From Camelus dromedarius (Eukaryota), in contig NC_087436.1 in assembly GCF_036321535.1 (NCBI RefSeq), positions 79,114,001-79,178,000 of the forward strand: 64,000 nt of DNA. The letters are read 5' to 3'. This document shows positions 1-15,442 of this stretch, one piece after another. Under the pieces are notes generated by a model. That model worked only from the letters and a program-made list of their open reading frames with translations, was not told where the DNA came from and ran no database searches. The translations under genes and the position numbers were made by a program. Numbering within the stretch: position 1 is the first letter of the stretch; each line of letters opens with the position of its first letter.

Positions 1-924
1 GTAGGCAGAATGTCACCATAACGTGGGTCAGCATATCTAGAGTAGCGATATTTGCAGGAATCTGGATTGTTTAGGAATTTTGTCGGAATTTACGTAGAAG
101 GCTTAGATCTACTCCAACTTAAAATTTGTGACATATGCCTGGCCTACAAGCAGTTATTCAACAGTGTTAATTATAGATAGATAAACAGACAGATACATAG
201 ACAGATAAATTGTCCGTTTTCTCTGTGGGTTTCGGAGAGCTGTTCTGTTGTAATGAACAGGCATTCTGTTTAAAGTATGCTTTTCATGTTGATCCTATTT
301 ACAGCATGACAGCTGAGATGACTTTGATCTATATTCATAGGATATGTCTGCTCTAACCTGGACTTTGAAGCATTGACTGTTCTATGTAGGCTGTAGTGCA
401 TCTGGTGGTAAATGCAATCTACTTTTATCAGTGGGAAATTTAGCTGTGTATCTTGAGCTTAACTACTTTGTGCGACCATTTCCCTCTCAGGAAAATTGTA
501 TAACTATGGAACTCATTCTGTCTGGGAACATATGAATATGTGTTTGCATATACACTTTTATCACACATAGCACTTAGAACAGTGCCTGACACTTAGAACC
601 TCAAGATTGTCATTGTTACTGTTATTTTATTAAGCAATTAACAAATGCATATTGACTTATTCCCTGGGTTGGAAATAAGTTGAATGTGTCCCATGGCTCA
701 ATCGTTTTTTGCATGTAATTTGAATAGATTTGGATGAAAGTAAAACTGGCTTTTTTTTTTCTCCTGTGCTTGCTTTCTCCTTTTTGTTTTGTTGAAGAAA
801 AATCTGTATTAGCTATCAGAAGAGATATAGTTTTAATGTATTTGCAGAATTCTGGAACTTAAGCTAGCATTTACTTCCTCGGCTCTGAATTGCAGATAAA
901 CAGTAGTATCTATCTTATTGGGTG

Positions 925-1395
925 CTTCAGTTATTTATTGGTCTGTAACAAATCAAGAACTTAGTGGTATAAAACAACTATAATTTCTCAAGATTCTTTG
1001 GGTTGACTGGGCTGCTTTGCTGGTCTTGTCTGGGCCCACTCATACAGGAGCAGTCATCTGACAGCTCACCTGGGGTGATGGGGCTAACATGGACTCACTT
1101 ATTCGGCTGTTGGCTCAGTCTCTCTCCACATTGTCTCTGATTTAGTAGTGAGGCTTCCTTACAGAGCCATGGGAGTGTTCCAAGAGGGTGAGAGTGGAAG
1201 CTGCAAGACCTCTTAAGGCTACCCTTGGAAGTTTCACGACATCAGTTCTCAAGTACTGGTCAAAGTAAGTCACAGGACCAGGCTAGATTCAAGGAGAAGG
1301 GAAATGGGGTCTACTTCTTTATGGAAAGAGTGGTCAAGTTACATTGCAGAGGGGCATGGTCAGAGGGAGGCATAATTCATTGGACGCCAGCAATC
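925..1395. mobile_element. MaLR (MLT1-like) LTR inserted into a MIR
   Basis: gtaacaaa...aacttagtggtataaaacaac...ttggtcaaagtaagtcacaggaccaggctagattcaagg; MIR halves on both flanks. Confidence 0.65.
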
Positions 1396-2562
1396 TACAT
1401 GGGGTTGTTGTGAAGATTAAATGAAATAATGTGCTTGATAACTGATAGCCAGTGCTTTCTGAGGAAAGTCTTGGCCTTGCCTGTAGATGCATATCTGGTC
1501 TTATCTGGACACGAATGTGTCATATTTATTTTCATAATAAAACAGTTCTGCCAGCTACGTGATATAAGGTATGTACTTACGAGATAAGTAATCTTGAAAT
1601 ATATCAGTGGTTATAGGGTTTATGTTAGGAGCTGAGTAATGGGGGATTCCATATTAAGAAATTATGGAGTAAATTCCTTTTTAAAATATTGATGCTACTG
1701 GCTGACTCAGTGAATAGCTGGAAGGGTGCAAAGCTTATATTTGTAACCAGCTTTGTCTACCCTAAAAAGCTCATTTTTTTTACCCACTAGACTATATGGC
1801 ATTTCTTGTCAAAACTTCAATTAGAAATGCTTTGCCGTAACTGTGAGATAATACAGTAGTCCAAAATTGATAAAAGAAATTAGCCATGTGAGAAGCTTAT
1901 TTGCAAGTTATATAGACTGCGTTTGTACATATTTTGAATTGTATTAATTATCTCATATAAAGTTTTAGAAGAAGAGTAAAAAGCCTTGAGAGCATTTGAG
2001 TAGATAGCTGTTGTGATTGCTTATCTTCTTCACTTGGCTAAAACATACATGGTTCTTCAGAATTCAATTCAGATGTTATTTCTCACAAAAAGCCTTCTCT
2101 GAACAACTACCAACACACAGAGGACCTGGTTAGTTGCTCTTCCTATGCCAACTGGCATCCTGTATTTACCTCTAATGTAGCACTTAATTGTTTGGTCTGT
2201 TTGCGTCTCTGCTTCTCCAACTAGAATGTAATCTCTTTGAGGGCAGGTTTGAGGTCATGGATTATAGGTCTTTGTTGAGTTAATCCTATATAAATAGGAC
2301 TTTTTTTTTTTTCCTTTCCGGTTCTGTGGCATGGAGGAAAAAAACCAGAGGGAAATACCAGGCCTTTGAAATCTAAACATTTCTTTTTACAAAAAGCTGT
2401 TGATCTGGAGAAAGGAGTTAGAGGAAGGCCTTTTAGCTACCCTTGACTATGAGAAAAGCTGTTTTGTAGAAAAGAAAATATATTTTTATACCTCACAGAG
2501 GTAGACTTTGGATCAGAGCTTTCTAATAATAGACAGGAATAGAATTGTCAAAAAATAGAGGG

Positions 2563-2584
2563 CACACACACACACACACACACA
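2563..2584. repeat. (CA)11 microsatellite
   Basis: Read directly. Confidence 0.95.
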
Positions 2585-3152
2585 AAACTGAGGTCAGACT
2601 GTATAACCTCAAAGTCCCCTTCTCACTCAGATTCTCTGGGTCTCTTTTATTTCCACACACAAGTTTCAATGGTTCCCAGGGAAGAGTGTGAAATTATCAC
2701 ATGCCAAGCACAACTTTACTTACATTTTAAAATCCTTAACAGTAGGTGATACTATTTACATTACGTATGAGAAAACTGAAGTGCAGAGGTGAAATATTTA
2801 GCTCCGAGGTCACATAGCTAGTGACAAAGCCAGAATACAGTCTATCTGCTTGGCTCATAGCCCTTAACTCTGAACACATCTACCTTTTGGCCTTACATTA
2901 GTCTTACCAAACTGGACTACATTTCAGGTCGTGATTTCTTTTTTTTTTTTTTTGCCTAGAATATCTGTCTTCCCCTACTCTTTCCCCCTTAATACTAAGT
3001 TCAGATACTTAGAATGCTTAAAGATCAACCTCATTAGGAAATTATTTCTCCCCTCTAAAAGATTATTTTAGCACATAGCTGTTTTTAAGATTTTGTATTT
3101 AATTTTCTGCAGCTTTGTTTTGATGTGTCTGTGGATTTGTTTTTATTTATCT

Positions 3153-3670
3153 ATGTCAGTTAGCTTTTGCTCTGAAATAAACCACCCCAGAACTTAGTGG
3201 CTCAAAGCAATAATTTATTTAGCTCACCATTCTTTTGATTGGCAGTTTGGGCTGGGCCCAGCTTGTTGATTCTTCTCTACTCCATGTGGTCTTGGTTCCA
3301 CATGGGCTCCATATGCGTCTGTAGTCAGCTACAGGCCGGTAGGCAGGTCAGATTCTGCTTGTGTGTTGGCTGGAGCAGTGGAGGTGAGTGGGCTGCATAT
3401 CTCATTATCGAATAGATTGTCCTGGACTCCTTCATATGGCAACAGTCAGGTTCCAAGAGATAAAGACAGATACAAATTCTCTTGAGATCTAGGCTTGGAA
3501 CAGGCACTTTACTTTTACTGCATTCTGTTGATCTAAAACAAGCCCACATCAAAGGGTGGGGAAATAAATGCTACTGAATGTGAAGAGCTACAAAGTCACA
3601 TTGCAAAGGGGCATAGATACAGAGAGTAAAAGAATTGTGGCCAATTTTTGCAAATGTTCTGCCCCATTAT
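3153..3670. mobile_element. MaLR (MLT1-like) LTR
   Basis: tgtcagttagcttttgc...aaccaccccagaacttagtggctcaaagcaa...aaagtcacattgcaaaggggcat; related to 925-1395. Confidence 0.7.
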
Positions 3671-6657
3671 CCTGGTTGAGTTTCATTGTTTCTTGAAACA
3701 ATGGCTTGCGTCCTCTCATTGTCCTGAGAGGTTTTCAGCTATATCTCTTTAAATGTTACCTCTGTCCCATTCTGTTTTCTCCTCTAGGATCCAAGTGAAA
3801 CCCTAGTTAGGCCTTTTTACTGTGACCTCTATGTGCCTTACCCTGTCTTCTATACTTTCCATTTCAGTGCTTTATTCTGAATAAGTTCTGACCTGCTTTC
3901 TAGTTTATCAGTTCTTCAGATGTGTCTAGTCGGCTGTTAAGAACTCCTCTGAGTTTTAAGTTTGGTAGTAGTGTTTTTTAGTTCTTTAGTTTTTTGGTGA
4001 TTCTTTCTTCAAATGACACTTTTTATGTTTCTTAGTTTGTTGCTGAAACTTTAAAGCTTGTCTTTTTCTCTATAAAGTTGATAAACATAAGTGTACTTCA
4101 GTCTTATCTGGAGTCCCTGTTTGTTGCTATTGTCTGTTGTTTTTGTTGATTCTTGCTAATATTGTCATGTGCCTTGTAATCTTCTATGTTGGGCAATTTA
4201 TTTTAAAATGTAGTTTTAGAAACAACTGGAGGCCTGTGATGTTACCTTTCAGAGAGGATTTTCATTTCCTTCTGCCAGGCACCTGAGGTGCCAGCAGTCT
4301 AGGACCCAGGCTTCCAAATTTATTGGTCTACCTACTAGATGATCCTTGGAATAGAATTTGTAACCTTACTTCCAAAGTGCTAGTGTTTCCTCCTTTGGCA
4401 GGTGAAACCCCCCAGATCCCTGTTCTAGTTTCATTAGTCCGCTGGAAATTGCAGCTTGCCTCTCAGTGTTTCCAGCAGATGGCAGAACACCCTGGAGCCT
4501 AGCTGAGCCCGCTCCATCCGCCCCACTGGAAGTGCCTCTTTCTACCTTTCTGCTGTCTTTCCACAGTCAGCAAATGCTTTCAGGCAGAAGCTGTGGTTCA
4601 TCTCTTTGTGCCTGTAGTCTCTTCTGTTTACTCTTTCTTGTTAGGATTTTGTGCTATTGAAAGTTTTGTTTTGTTTTGTTTTGTTTTTCATTTCTTTCAG
4701 CTTTTTATGTTGTTTTTTTTTGAAGTAGGGCTGGTCCGGTCATCCAGGTCACCATTACTGTAAGTGAAAGATCTGTGACTACACACCTCTTCTGCTCATT
4801 TTGATCCTAAATAGTGACTGTGGTACATTTTCATGTGTACATATTTTATTTACCTTCAGATTTCTTTCAAGTGCCAAGAAATCAGAAATTGACCTTGTAC
4901 TTTAGTTTATGTAGATAATCAATTTTCGATAAACATTTGATGATAAATGGATAGGACAGATGCAAGGTGCCTTAATTAATTAAATTTATTTTCCTCCATA
5001 ATATTTCTTAAGGAAAAAAATACTGGTACTTGTCATGTTCTCCACGTCAGTCACTTTTCCCTCTTTTCCATTGTTTTAGATTTTCTTTTTTTGGTGTTCC
5101 CAGTGCAGATTAGGTGATTGATAAGTTATGAAACTATACATTAAAACTTAAGTTATTAGCAAATTTTTGTGAGACATTGTCTCTTTGAATATAATATTAT
5201 TAGTATAAAATAACCTATGGCCATGTAAGAGTAAGAGGATATAGCTATTATTCTTGATCTGAATAAGAAAAGTAATCCAATCCAAAAAAGGAATGATAAA
5301 CCTTTGAATATATTAACTAAAACCATGCCGAGGACAATAAAGTAAATATATAAATATAGATATGGAAAATATATGTGCATATGTGTATATATGTGTATAT
5401 ATAGAGAGAATGAGATAGTCTCTGTAAATGACTTTTTAGATAACTGAATTTTATTCCTTAAATGTAGCAATTTTAAAAATAACAATTTTTATTTTAAAGC
5501 TTGATAATATTTCCTTGCTTTCTTGGAATAGTTTGTCTCTTCTTTTGGAGTTTGCTGTCTTTTCTGTCAGTGTACCTTTTCTGTCAGTATATCAAAGTCA
5601 GTTTGATTCATTGTGGTTTTGAGAAATATAATGGCTTTGCGAATAATGTATAAGATGAGAATCAGTAAGTGCCGAATTGTAGCTTGAGAGTGTGCCCTAC
5701 AAATATACATCATAAATTTGAATGAATTTGGGCCCTATTTGTATATTTTTATTTCTTGACTGTATTCTGGATGATGTTCTGAATAATTGCAATTAGGTTT
5801 ATAAAATACATTAACTAATGCTTTTAATAAATATTATGATTGAGACAGACAAACGGGGTAAAGAATAGTGTAATACTCATGTACCAACTACTCAATTTAA
5901 GAATTAAAATGTTACTAACCCTGTTATGTGTTTGAGTGCTTATGATGTGCCAAGTACTATTCTAGGCATTATGTATACAGTAGTGACCAAAACAAACAAA
6001 ATTCCCTGTCTTCATGGAGTTTACAGTTTAGGAAGGAATTTGCCATTCCCTAATAATTGGTATTGTCCTTGTTTTTAGCATTTCCCCATCATTTTAAGAA
6101 TGCTGATTTGAATCTCATGTGATCATGAATATTAGCAGAACAGTTATTAGAACTGAATGCAAATAAAGAATTGATAGGCACTGACTGACAGCATAAAGAA
6201 TGTTCTGTCAGTACACTGGGCGTGGTGGAGTTTATTTTGTATACACTAAGACATTTAATCTCTGATACTTGACTTCATTGCCTAGTCAACATCATTCTAT
6301 TGTTAATAACCTAAGATTCATTAGGTCCACAAGGAAAAGGTTCTAGGACACCTCAAATAACTTTCTTGTGTGTCTGTATAACACATAAGTGAAGGAAATA
6401 TAGCTTATTTTTTGAGACATTTGAAAGAAAATTAACATTTAAAATTTAAAACTAAAGCTTTCAAGAAAAAGTGGCACCTCAGATCCAGTAACCTATAGAC
6501 TCACTTTTTGTGATGGACTTGAAAACCTAAAAAATTGTGGTATACTGTAAAGAAAACTAGAAGTGGAACTTTGAATTATAGGCTTTGTGTTTCTTGTGAT
6601 AGACTGGAAACTTAAAAAAAAAATCTATGATGTTCTATAAAGAAAACCACAAACTAG

Positions 6658-6879
<222 letters not shown>

Positions 6880-7094
6880 TGAGATAGGACTTTAAAACTT
6901 GTTCACGCCTTGTTTTATATCAAATTTTCATTATAATTTACATTGAGATTAAATTAAATATACGTTGAGATTGGTTTTAGAACTTATACTATTTACAACT
7001 TGATACTTGATTGTTTTTCAATGAACTGTGAAGACATTGTTACATTTGCAGTTAAGGTTTTTATACAGTTACTGATAGAGTAACTGATGAGAGA

Positions 7095-7330
7095 CGATAT
7101 AGCATGATGACAAAGAGAACAGTCTGGATTCAAATCCTGGTCTGCTATTTTATTTGCTGTGTGATCTTAGGTAACCTCTTTGTGCCTCCTTTTCCTTGTC
7201 TATAAAATAGGAATGTGATAGCTACTCTGTAGAATTGTTGGGAGATTAAATGAGTTAGTATATATAATAAAGTACTTGGAACAGTACCTGGCATATGATA
7301 AATGCTAGATAAGTGTTAGCTGTTATTAAT
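7095..7330 (+). mobile_element. MIR SINE
   Basis: ctggattcaaatcctggtctgc...ctgtgtgatctt...ttgttgggagattaaatgag...acagtacctggcata. Confidence 0.75.
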
Positions 7331-8941
7331 GCTAAGAACAGTTCTTTTGAATGGGAACTAGACATTTCCATACTTCAAGACACTCTCTCCACTCCTTGAC
7401 CTTAAACATATCCAGTTATCTTGAAAATTGCTCAAAACTCAGGTTGGAATTTATTCTTTGTTCACAATGTTAATGATACTTGATAGTGCTTTATAGTTTA
7501 CCGTGTACTTTCGCACACATTATCCATCACACAGGCTCCTTGTCATAACCCTGTGACTAATAGTATAGGTATAGATAGCCCTACAAAGTGTACTGTAAAA
7601 TGAGTCTCAGGATTAGTGACTTTTTTCCAAGGACATTCAACTAGTCAGTGGCAGAACCTAGACTAGAAACTAGGTTTTCTGATTTACAGTTCTTAGTTAC
7701 TTATATTTCCCTGGGAAGTGCTAATTTGTGTAGTAATTTCTTTCTAGCAGTTACAGGTACCTAATGGCACTTGTCATGAAACCATTTTCTCAGTCACATC
7801 CAGTATCATCCAGTTCCAATTTATGTATTATAAACTGGTTAGTTACAAGACCTATAAGTTACTGCCTCAAAAAATTGGGGCCTGTAATAATGTGAGACGA
7901 ACTGGCAGTGGTTTCAGAAAAACCCTTAGGAGTGGCTTTATTGAGAACTTTGCACTTCGTAGCAAAAGAATAGTGCTTCTTATAACTTTTGATCTTTATA
8001 TAAATTGTGAGTTCAATGAACCACTAAAAAAAGCAGTCTACTGTTAAAATCATTTATGTCAACTGAATGGTTCTGAACCATCATTTATTTCCCCAGTAAC
8101 TACTGATGTAAACTTAATTTATCCAAGGAGTGGTTCATAAGCATGACAACGTTTTCTGAAATGTAATAATAGTGATAATAATAACTTACATTTGTTGAGT
8201 GCTATGCACTAGGTATTGTTTAAAGTGCTTTATGTATATTGCATAAGTTATGTGTATTGCATTAAGCTTCACAGCAGCCTTGGCCATGTTTTGCAGAAGA
8301 GGAAGAAGCACAGAGAAGTTAAGTTTCTTGTCTGACGGCGTGTAATCAGGAGTGTTTGGAAGTAGTGTGGCTCCACAGTTTTTATCCTTAATCATGTATC
8401 GTAATGTTTATAAATTTATAAATGTTTATAAACAGTGTCATTAAATAAGTCTGTGCATCTAGTTCTTATTTGTTGTCTTTATTGAGAAAGTACAAGTGGT
8501 GGTAACTATCATTACTCGCTTTGTTTAAATTTCATGACAATTATTTTACTGTTTCTTCTTTAGCTCTTTATTGTAGCTCAGTGGAATATAAGAACATAAA
8601 TAAAAATGTAGGTGTGTCTGTACGTTCAATCTGTAGAAAAGTAAAGAAGAGAAAGGAATGATATAAAATTCTCAACTGTTAAAACTTTTTCTCAACCACT
8701 TCTGTTTCTTAGAAAAGCTGTGGTATTTTTACTGTTTTGATGTAGTCATTATATAATTAAATAATTTAGCATAAGGAAAACTGGTCCTATAATGTAAGGT
8801 CATAGGGGTGTGTAAATCCCTGAATAATGCATTGAAGGGTATACTAATATACATTGTTTTTAGTTTTAATTTTAGGTAAAGATTGCTTGCTTAATGAAAA
8901 TGTGTAAGTTACTCATGTTTTCTTATCTCTTACTTTTTTAA

Positions 8942-9106
<165 letters not shown>

Positions 9107-9123
9107 TAGAGCATTGATTTTTG

Positions 9124-9280
9124 TTTTGTTTTGTTTTTTAGGAATCTGTTTATTATGTGATTTTTTTAAAAAACTGAGCTATAGTTGATGTACAATATTA
9201 TGTAAGTTTCAGGTTGCAGCACAGTGATTCACAATTTTTAAAGGTTATATTCCATTTATAGTTATAAAACATTGGCTTAT
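9124..9280 (-). mobile_element. Short LINE-1 3' fragment with 17-bp TSD
   Basis: TAGAGCA(T/G)TGATTTTTG at 9107-9123 and 9281-9297; body atagttgatgtacaatattatgtaagtttcagg is a typical L1 3' terminus. Confidence 0.8.
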
Positions 9281-9498
9281 TAGAGCAGTGATTTTTGAAC
9301 TTGAGATAGCAGTAATTATTTTGAGACATACTGTTAAATTTTTAAAGATGATAATAATTCAATTTCATTTTTACAAATAGTGTGTCAAACAGCATTTTAC
9401 AATGTAAAGTCAAATAAATATTGATTATGTTTTAAGTCCAGCTAACATTTGCTCATATAGTACAGTTTGGTTTTATGAAGCAAATGTTCTTCAGACAA

Positions 9499-9628
9499 TT
9501 TTTTTTTTTTGTGGGGGAGGCAATTAGGTTTACTTATTTATTTATTTTTAGAGGAAGTACTGGGGATTGAACCCAGGACCTCATGCATGCTAAGCATGCA
9601 CTCTAATACTTGAGCTATACCCTCCCCT
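9499..9628 (-). mobile_element. tRNA-derived SINE (camelid-type)
   Basis: ggggaggcaattaggttt...ggggattgaacccaggacctc...ttgagctataccctcccc (reverse complement of A and B boxes); TSD-like agacaa(t/c)tttt. Confidence 0.85.
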
Positions 9629-9947
9629 GGAGACAACTTTTTAAGATCGATAAAATTGTGAAATAGGCTGAGAACATAGGAGAACTCCAGCATTATATAT
9701 GCAGTGACATAAAAGCAAAACTTAATATTTAAACTAAATTATTGCCACAATCCGCACTGCAGAAATGTGTTATTTCAGGTCACTATTTTGATATTCTATG
9801 AATGCAAAATTCATAGAAAAATTTGGATGGGCTAGGTAAACTTTTATTATTTACTTGCCTGCTTAATATGTTGAATGAGAGCATTGTCACAATAGATTAT
9901 TATCTATTTATTTTAATTAGTTACTAATATCAGTTGAAATAATTTAA

Positions 9948-10082
<135 letters not shown>

Positions 10083-10129
10083 TAGTGGATATTGGATGGA
10101 TATATATAATTGTTCACTTACTTTTTTTC

Positions 10130-11450
10130 CTTATATTCTAGTGCAGAAAACAAACAATGAACAACTTAATAAATAAATTTTGTACTGTGTTAGAAGGTGA
10201 TAAGTACTATGGAGAAAAGGAAAGGGGCAAAGTTGGGGGTAGGATGTACCATTAGATGGAGTGATTGGAGTGGTAGAGGGGTCCTGATACCTTCTCAGAC
10301 ACTTGAAGGAGGTAAGGGAGTGACCATGAGCTGTCTGAAGGAAGAGTGTCAGTAGAACCTCTTAGAGAGGATGGCTATTGGAAAGGCCCTAACATGGGAG
10401 CCTGCTTGGAGTATTTTAAGATGAGCAAGGAGACCATTGTGGGTGGAGTGGAGTGAGCAGAGAGGAGAGCGATAGAGGGTGAGATCAGAGAGTACTGGGG
10501 ACCAGATTTTGTGGGGTCTTGTATTCTGTTGTAAGGCCTTTGGCTTTTTTCTCAGTGAAATGAGGGGGAGCCACTGGAGGATTTTGTACAGAGGGCTGAC
10601 ATGATCTGACTTGTATTTTAAAAAAATCATCCTAACTACTGAGTTGAGAATAAACTATGGGTATGCAATGATAGAAGTAGGGAACGTTAGTTAAGAGGCT
10701 TATACACTACTGCAGGTGAGATGGAGACGTAAGAAATTTTGGATTCTGGCTATGTTTTTAAGGTAAAGCTAAGGATTTCCTGACAGCTTGGATATGAAGT
10801 ATAAGAAGAACAGCCAAGTTAAGTCTTGATTCTGGGTCTGAATCACTAGAAAAATGGAGTTGCTATCTACTTAGTGGTAAAGGAGAGGTTTTGAGGGAAG
10901 CTCAAGAGTTCTGTTTCTGACATGTGATAACTGAGTGGAGATATTTACTGGGGAGTTGAATATGTTAGTCTAGAGTTGAGGAGAGAGGTCTGGACTAGAG
11001 ATGTACACTTGGAAGTTACTGACGTGTAGATGGAATTTAAAGCCTTTAGAGTGGATGGGATCTCCAGGGGAGGGAATACAGGTAGACGACTGAGCACTAA
11101 GCACTTGGACGTGAAGAGGTCCATTGAGGTAAGAAGGAAACCAGAAGAATGTGGAGTGTGCTATCTTAGAAGCCAAAGGAGGAAAATGTGTCAAGAAGGA
11201 GTAAGTGATCAGCGTGGTGTTGATAGTAAAGTAAGATGAGAAGTTGAAAGTTAACCATAAGAGCCAGTACATGGAGGTCATTGGTGACCTTGACTAAAGC
11301 TGTTTTGGTGAAATGGTGAGAGTGAAAGCCTGATTGGAGTTGTCTAAAAGAGAATAGGAAGAGAAGAATTGGAGATGGTGAGCATGGGCAACTCTTTGGT
11401 GAAGTTTTCATAAAAGGGAGCAGAGTAATGGGGTAGAAGATGACAGCAGA
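10130..11450 (-). mobile_element. LINE-2 fragment
   Basis: Purine-rich + strand with L2 hallmarks (gagccactggaggatttt...gacatgatctgactt; ggaggtcattggtgaccttgac). Confidence 0.75.
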
Positions 11451-11582
11451 GGTTAGGCTGAGATTGTTTTTTCTTTTATAATTCAGTGGAAAATAGAGGG
11501 GATTCTTGCAGAAGTAGACTAGAGGGGAAAGAATCTAGTGGAGGGATAGGCTTTAGATAGGAGCATTGATAGTTCGTTTATG

Positions 11583-11790
11583 GCAGACTTTCTCAGACTT
11601 TCTTGGCACTGTTGGCATTTTAGAATGGATAATTTATTGTGGAGGCTGTCCTGTGTGTTGGAGGATGTTTAGCAGCATCATGGGTCTCTACTCACTAGGT
11701 GCTGGTAGCACCACCACTCCCAGTTGTGACAATCAAAAATGACTAGACATTGCTGCGTGTTCCCTGGTGGGCAGAATAGCCCCGAGTGAT
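11583..11790. mobile_element. hAT-Charlie MITE (MER20-like)
   Basis: ggctgtcctgtg...ggatgtttagcagcatc...cccagttgtgacaatcaaaaatg...agacattgc. Confidence 0.75.
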
Positions 11791-14111
11791 CTACAGTAAC
11801 AGCCAGGAACATAGGGTGTGTGGGTGCAGGCATTAGTAACGTGGTGGTAACGTTGGTCTGAGTGCCCTGATTGCTTCGGTGTCCCCAGTGAAGTTGGAGT
11901 CAGAGTCGTCAGCTCGAAGTGTTGGGGGTGGTTGGAGTTGTGAGTTTGAAAAGGTACAAGAATATCAGAAAAAGTTCTCTAGGAGAGTGGGACAGTGAGT
12001 GGACTAGGAATATGTAGTATACTTGGCAGCATTAAGGGCTCAATTGAAGATTGTAGTCGTTAAAATGAGATCAGTCAGATTAGTTGGGTGTTTTTCTCCA
12101 TCAGAGTTCAGCTCCATGATTGCAGGAAAGGAGTGGGTGAACTCTTAGGCTTAATCAGCGTTATGATTTTGCCCCAAAGGTATGACAGCATGAGAAGAAC
12201 AAGAGAGATGGATGCATATGCAATTCAATGATTGTAATGTTGACCATAGGAGTTAAGCTAGGTAAGGAGGGAGGTGAGGCCTTTAAGGGGAGAAATACAG
12301 TAGCAATATTATAGTATCAGTATTTGGTGTCACAATGGGGTCAATGGATTGTTGGGTTTGAGATACTAGAGAAAATGAGATGGAAAAACAATTAGAAAAA
12401 ATTAGGATGATAGTTTGTAACTCTTATTCAGGCAATCTTACCTTTGATAAGTATTTTGAAAAATATTTATAGTTCTTATGAAATACTCCAAAGTATATAG
12501 TACAAGAAGGATGAAAGGTGTGAAACTCATGGGTGTATCATTAAGCACACTTCCTCTTTCAGTTGGCAAGTATAAAAATACCAACTGTGAATGACCTAAA
12601 TGTTTTCAGCTACTTCTCTTTTACCAGGTCCATGAAGTTTTCTTTTTTGTCGTCATTAATATTTGTGATTATAAGGCAGATACTACTTCAGGTGCATTTA
12701 TGAAATTGTTAGGCAGTAATGTTCCTTGAAAAAGCAACCAGGATATGAAAAAACCTTCAGATGTACATGTTGAATTTTGCTAAGGCCTCTTATTAATTTG
12801 ATTTTTTCCTTTGATGGTTTGAAAAGGCTAGGGACTTTCTTAATAGCTTTGATCTTATTCTGTCTAGAGCACTTTCTCCCTAGCACAAAGCAAATGATTT
12901 ATTTTCATTGGTGGTTGAAATAAATATAAAATTAGTTATTGTTCTTTGCAGTGGTAGTATCATTTTGAGAGTATTGTAACATTATCTGTAAGGATACCAA
13001 AGAACTGAAAACTTAGTAGTTTTCTAAACAAATTAAAGTAAAAGGGATTTGGATAATTTATTGAGAACTTGTATCTTTAAAAAATGGTTCATTCTGATTA
13101 TGAAAGTAATAGATACACTTGGCATAAAATTTGAAAATGCAGGAAAGTATGGTGCTATTTTTAGCAGTTTATGTAAATTGGTGTTGTGAATGGAAGTAAT
13201 ACAATACGAAATAGTAATAATATATGACTTTTGGAAAAATGTGAATTAATATAAAACATTTAAGAGGTAAAGAATTTCAAAACTGGGGCTAAATCAGTTG
13301 TAAATTCTATTCTTGCCACATGGTGGCACCACTTTTGCTAGTAAAGAGAATTTTTTTGTGAGAATTAAATTATGTGAGTTTTGAATTATGTAGAGTGTTA
13401 TGCATTTCTTGCATGAAATGTGACCATTGGGATTAAGAAGAAAATGAAAACCACCTGTAATCTCATCACCTAGAGATAATTGCTATTATCTCGTGATACA
13501 TGTGTATAGAAATGCACTTTAATGGTGTTTTACATGTTTTATTCAGTTTTTTCACTTAGCAAAACTGCATCGTGACTATTATCAAAAGTAATTATAATAA
13601 TTGTATAGTATCTACCATCTTTATGTACCATAACTTAATTGATACTGTAAATATCATTATGGGTGATTTCAATTTTTTTTCTTTTGCATTTATTTATGAA
13701 TAACCTTACAAATGAATATTCTGTACATACAAATGTGTGTATATCCATGGTTTTTTTTTTTTTTAGGATTTATTTTTTAGAGGTAAAACACAGTAGATAA
13801 AGAGTATAAGCATTTTAAAGGATTCAAGGGATGGTTGGAGAGTATTTTCCAAATTGTTTTATGGGTTGGTTATACATGTTTATAGTGCCCCCAGTAGTAT
13901 ATAGCATATCCCTGAACTGGGCTTTTTTTTTTTTTTTTTTAAAGATCTTTGTCTTGTGAGATTATCTGAGGATTAGAAGAAGCTAAAATAAAATATGAAC
14001 AATGATTAAAAATAACAAAAACTCAATAAGAATTCTGAATTTTTTTAGCTTATTTATATAATATAATGCAGTATAAAGATTGACTCCTTTATATTAACAG
14101 AATATGTATAA

Positions 14112-14372
<261 letters not shown>

Positions 14373-14469
14373 TAATTTTGTATTAGAGAATCCTACTATA
14401 TTAAGATGCTCCAGAATATCTGATGAATGCTGTTATATATTAGAAATTCTTTTATTTTTTGCTTTTTGA

Positions 14470-14772
<303 letters not shown>

Positions 14773-15310
14773 TAATCTTATTAATATGATTATGGTAAAT
14801 TTAGTTTAAATTTTAAACAGTTAAAAACAGTGATAAAATGGATTGCTAACTGAAGACATTTTAAAATATGCATGTTATCAGTCTCTTACTCGCAGATATT
14901 AGGAATAGTTAAGAGAGATAATCTGAAGTTTAGTTCTCCTAAAATCACTGAAAAATGGATATTAAATTAAGTGAGAATTATACAAAGAAACAAAAATTAA
15001 AATCTAGAAAGTGGTAATATGATAATTAACGTACTGCTTTGAGGATTTTTTAATCTTCAAGCCTCACTTTTAGACCTGGCATTTATCCTTTTCTTCAATA
15101 AATTTAAATAATAAACTGTTCTTTGTTCTTTTTACTAATTTATAGCATGCAAATCACTCAACTTATAAAGCAGAAAAGGGCATTGAGAGGAAATGCTGGT
15201 AATTCTAAGCCATGGCTTTTCTAAATCATTTTAGAATGTCTGTTCTTGAACTGTATTTACTTGAGAGCCTAATGACATGTTCAGACCACTGCTTTATAAA
15301 GCAGTGATTT

Positions 15311-15442
15311 AAAAAAAAAAATTCTTGGGTAGGGGAGGTAATTCGGTTTATTTATTTATTTTTAATGGAGGTACTGGAGATGGAACCCAGGACCTTGTGC
15401 ATGCTAGGCATGCACTGCACCACTGAGCTATACCCTCCCTCC
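15311..15442 (-). mobile_element. tRNA-derived SINE (same family)
   Basis: Same body as 9499-9628; TSD agcagtgat on both sides. Confidence 0.85.

Noticed and set aside
9499..9628. tRNA gene (A/B-box-like sequence)
   Set aside because: Six dispersed diverged copies with A-rich tails and TSDs make these SINEs, not tRNA genes.
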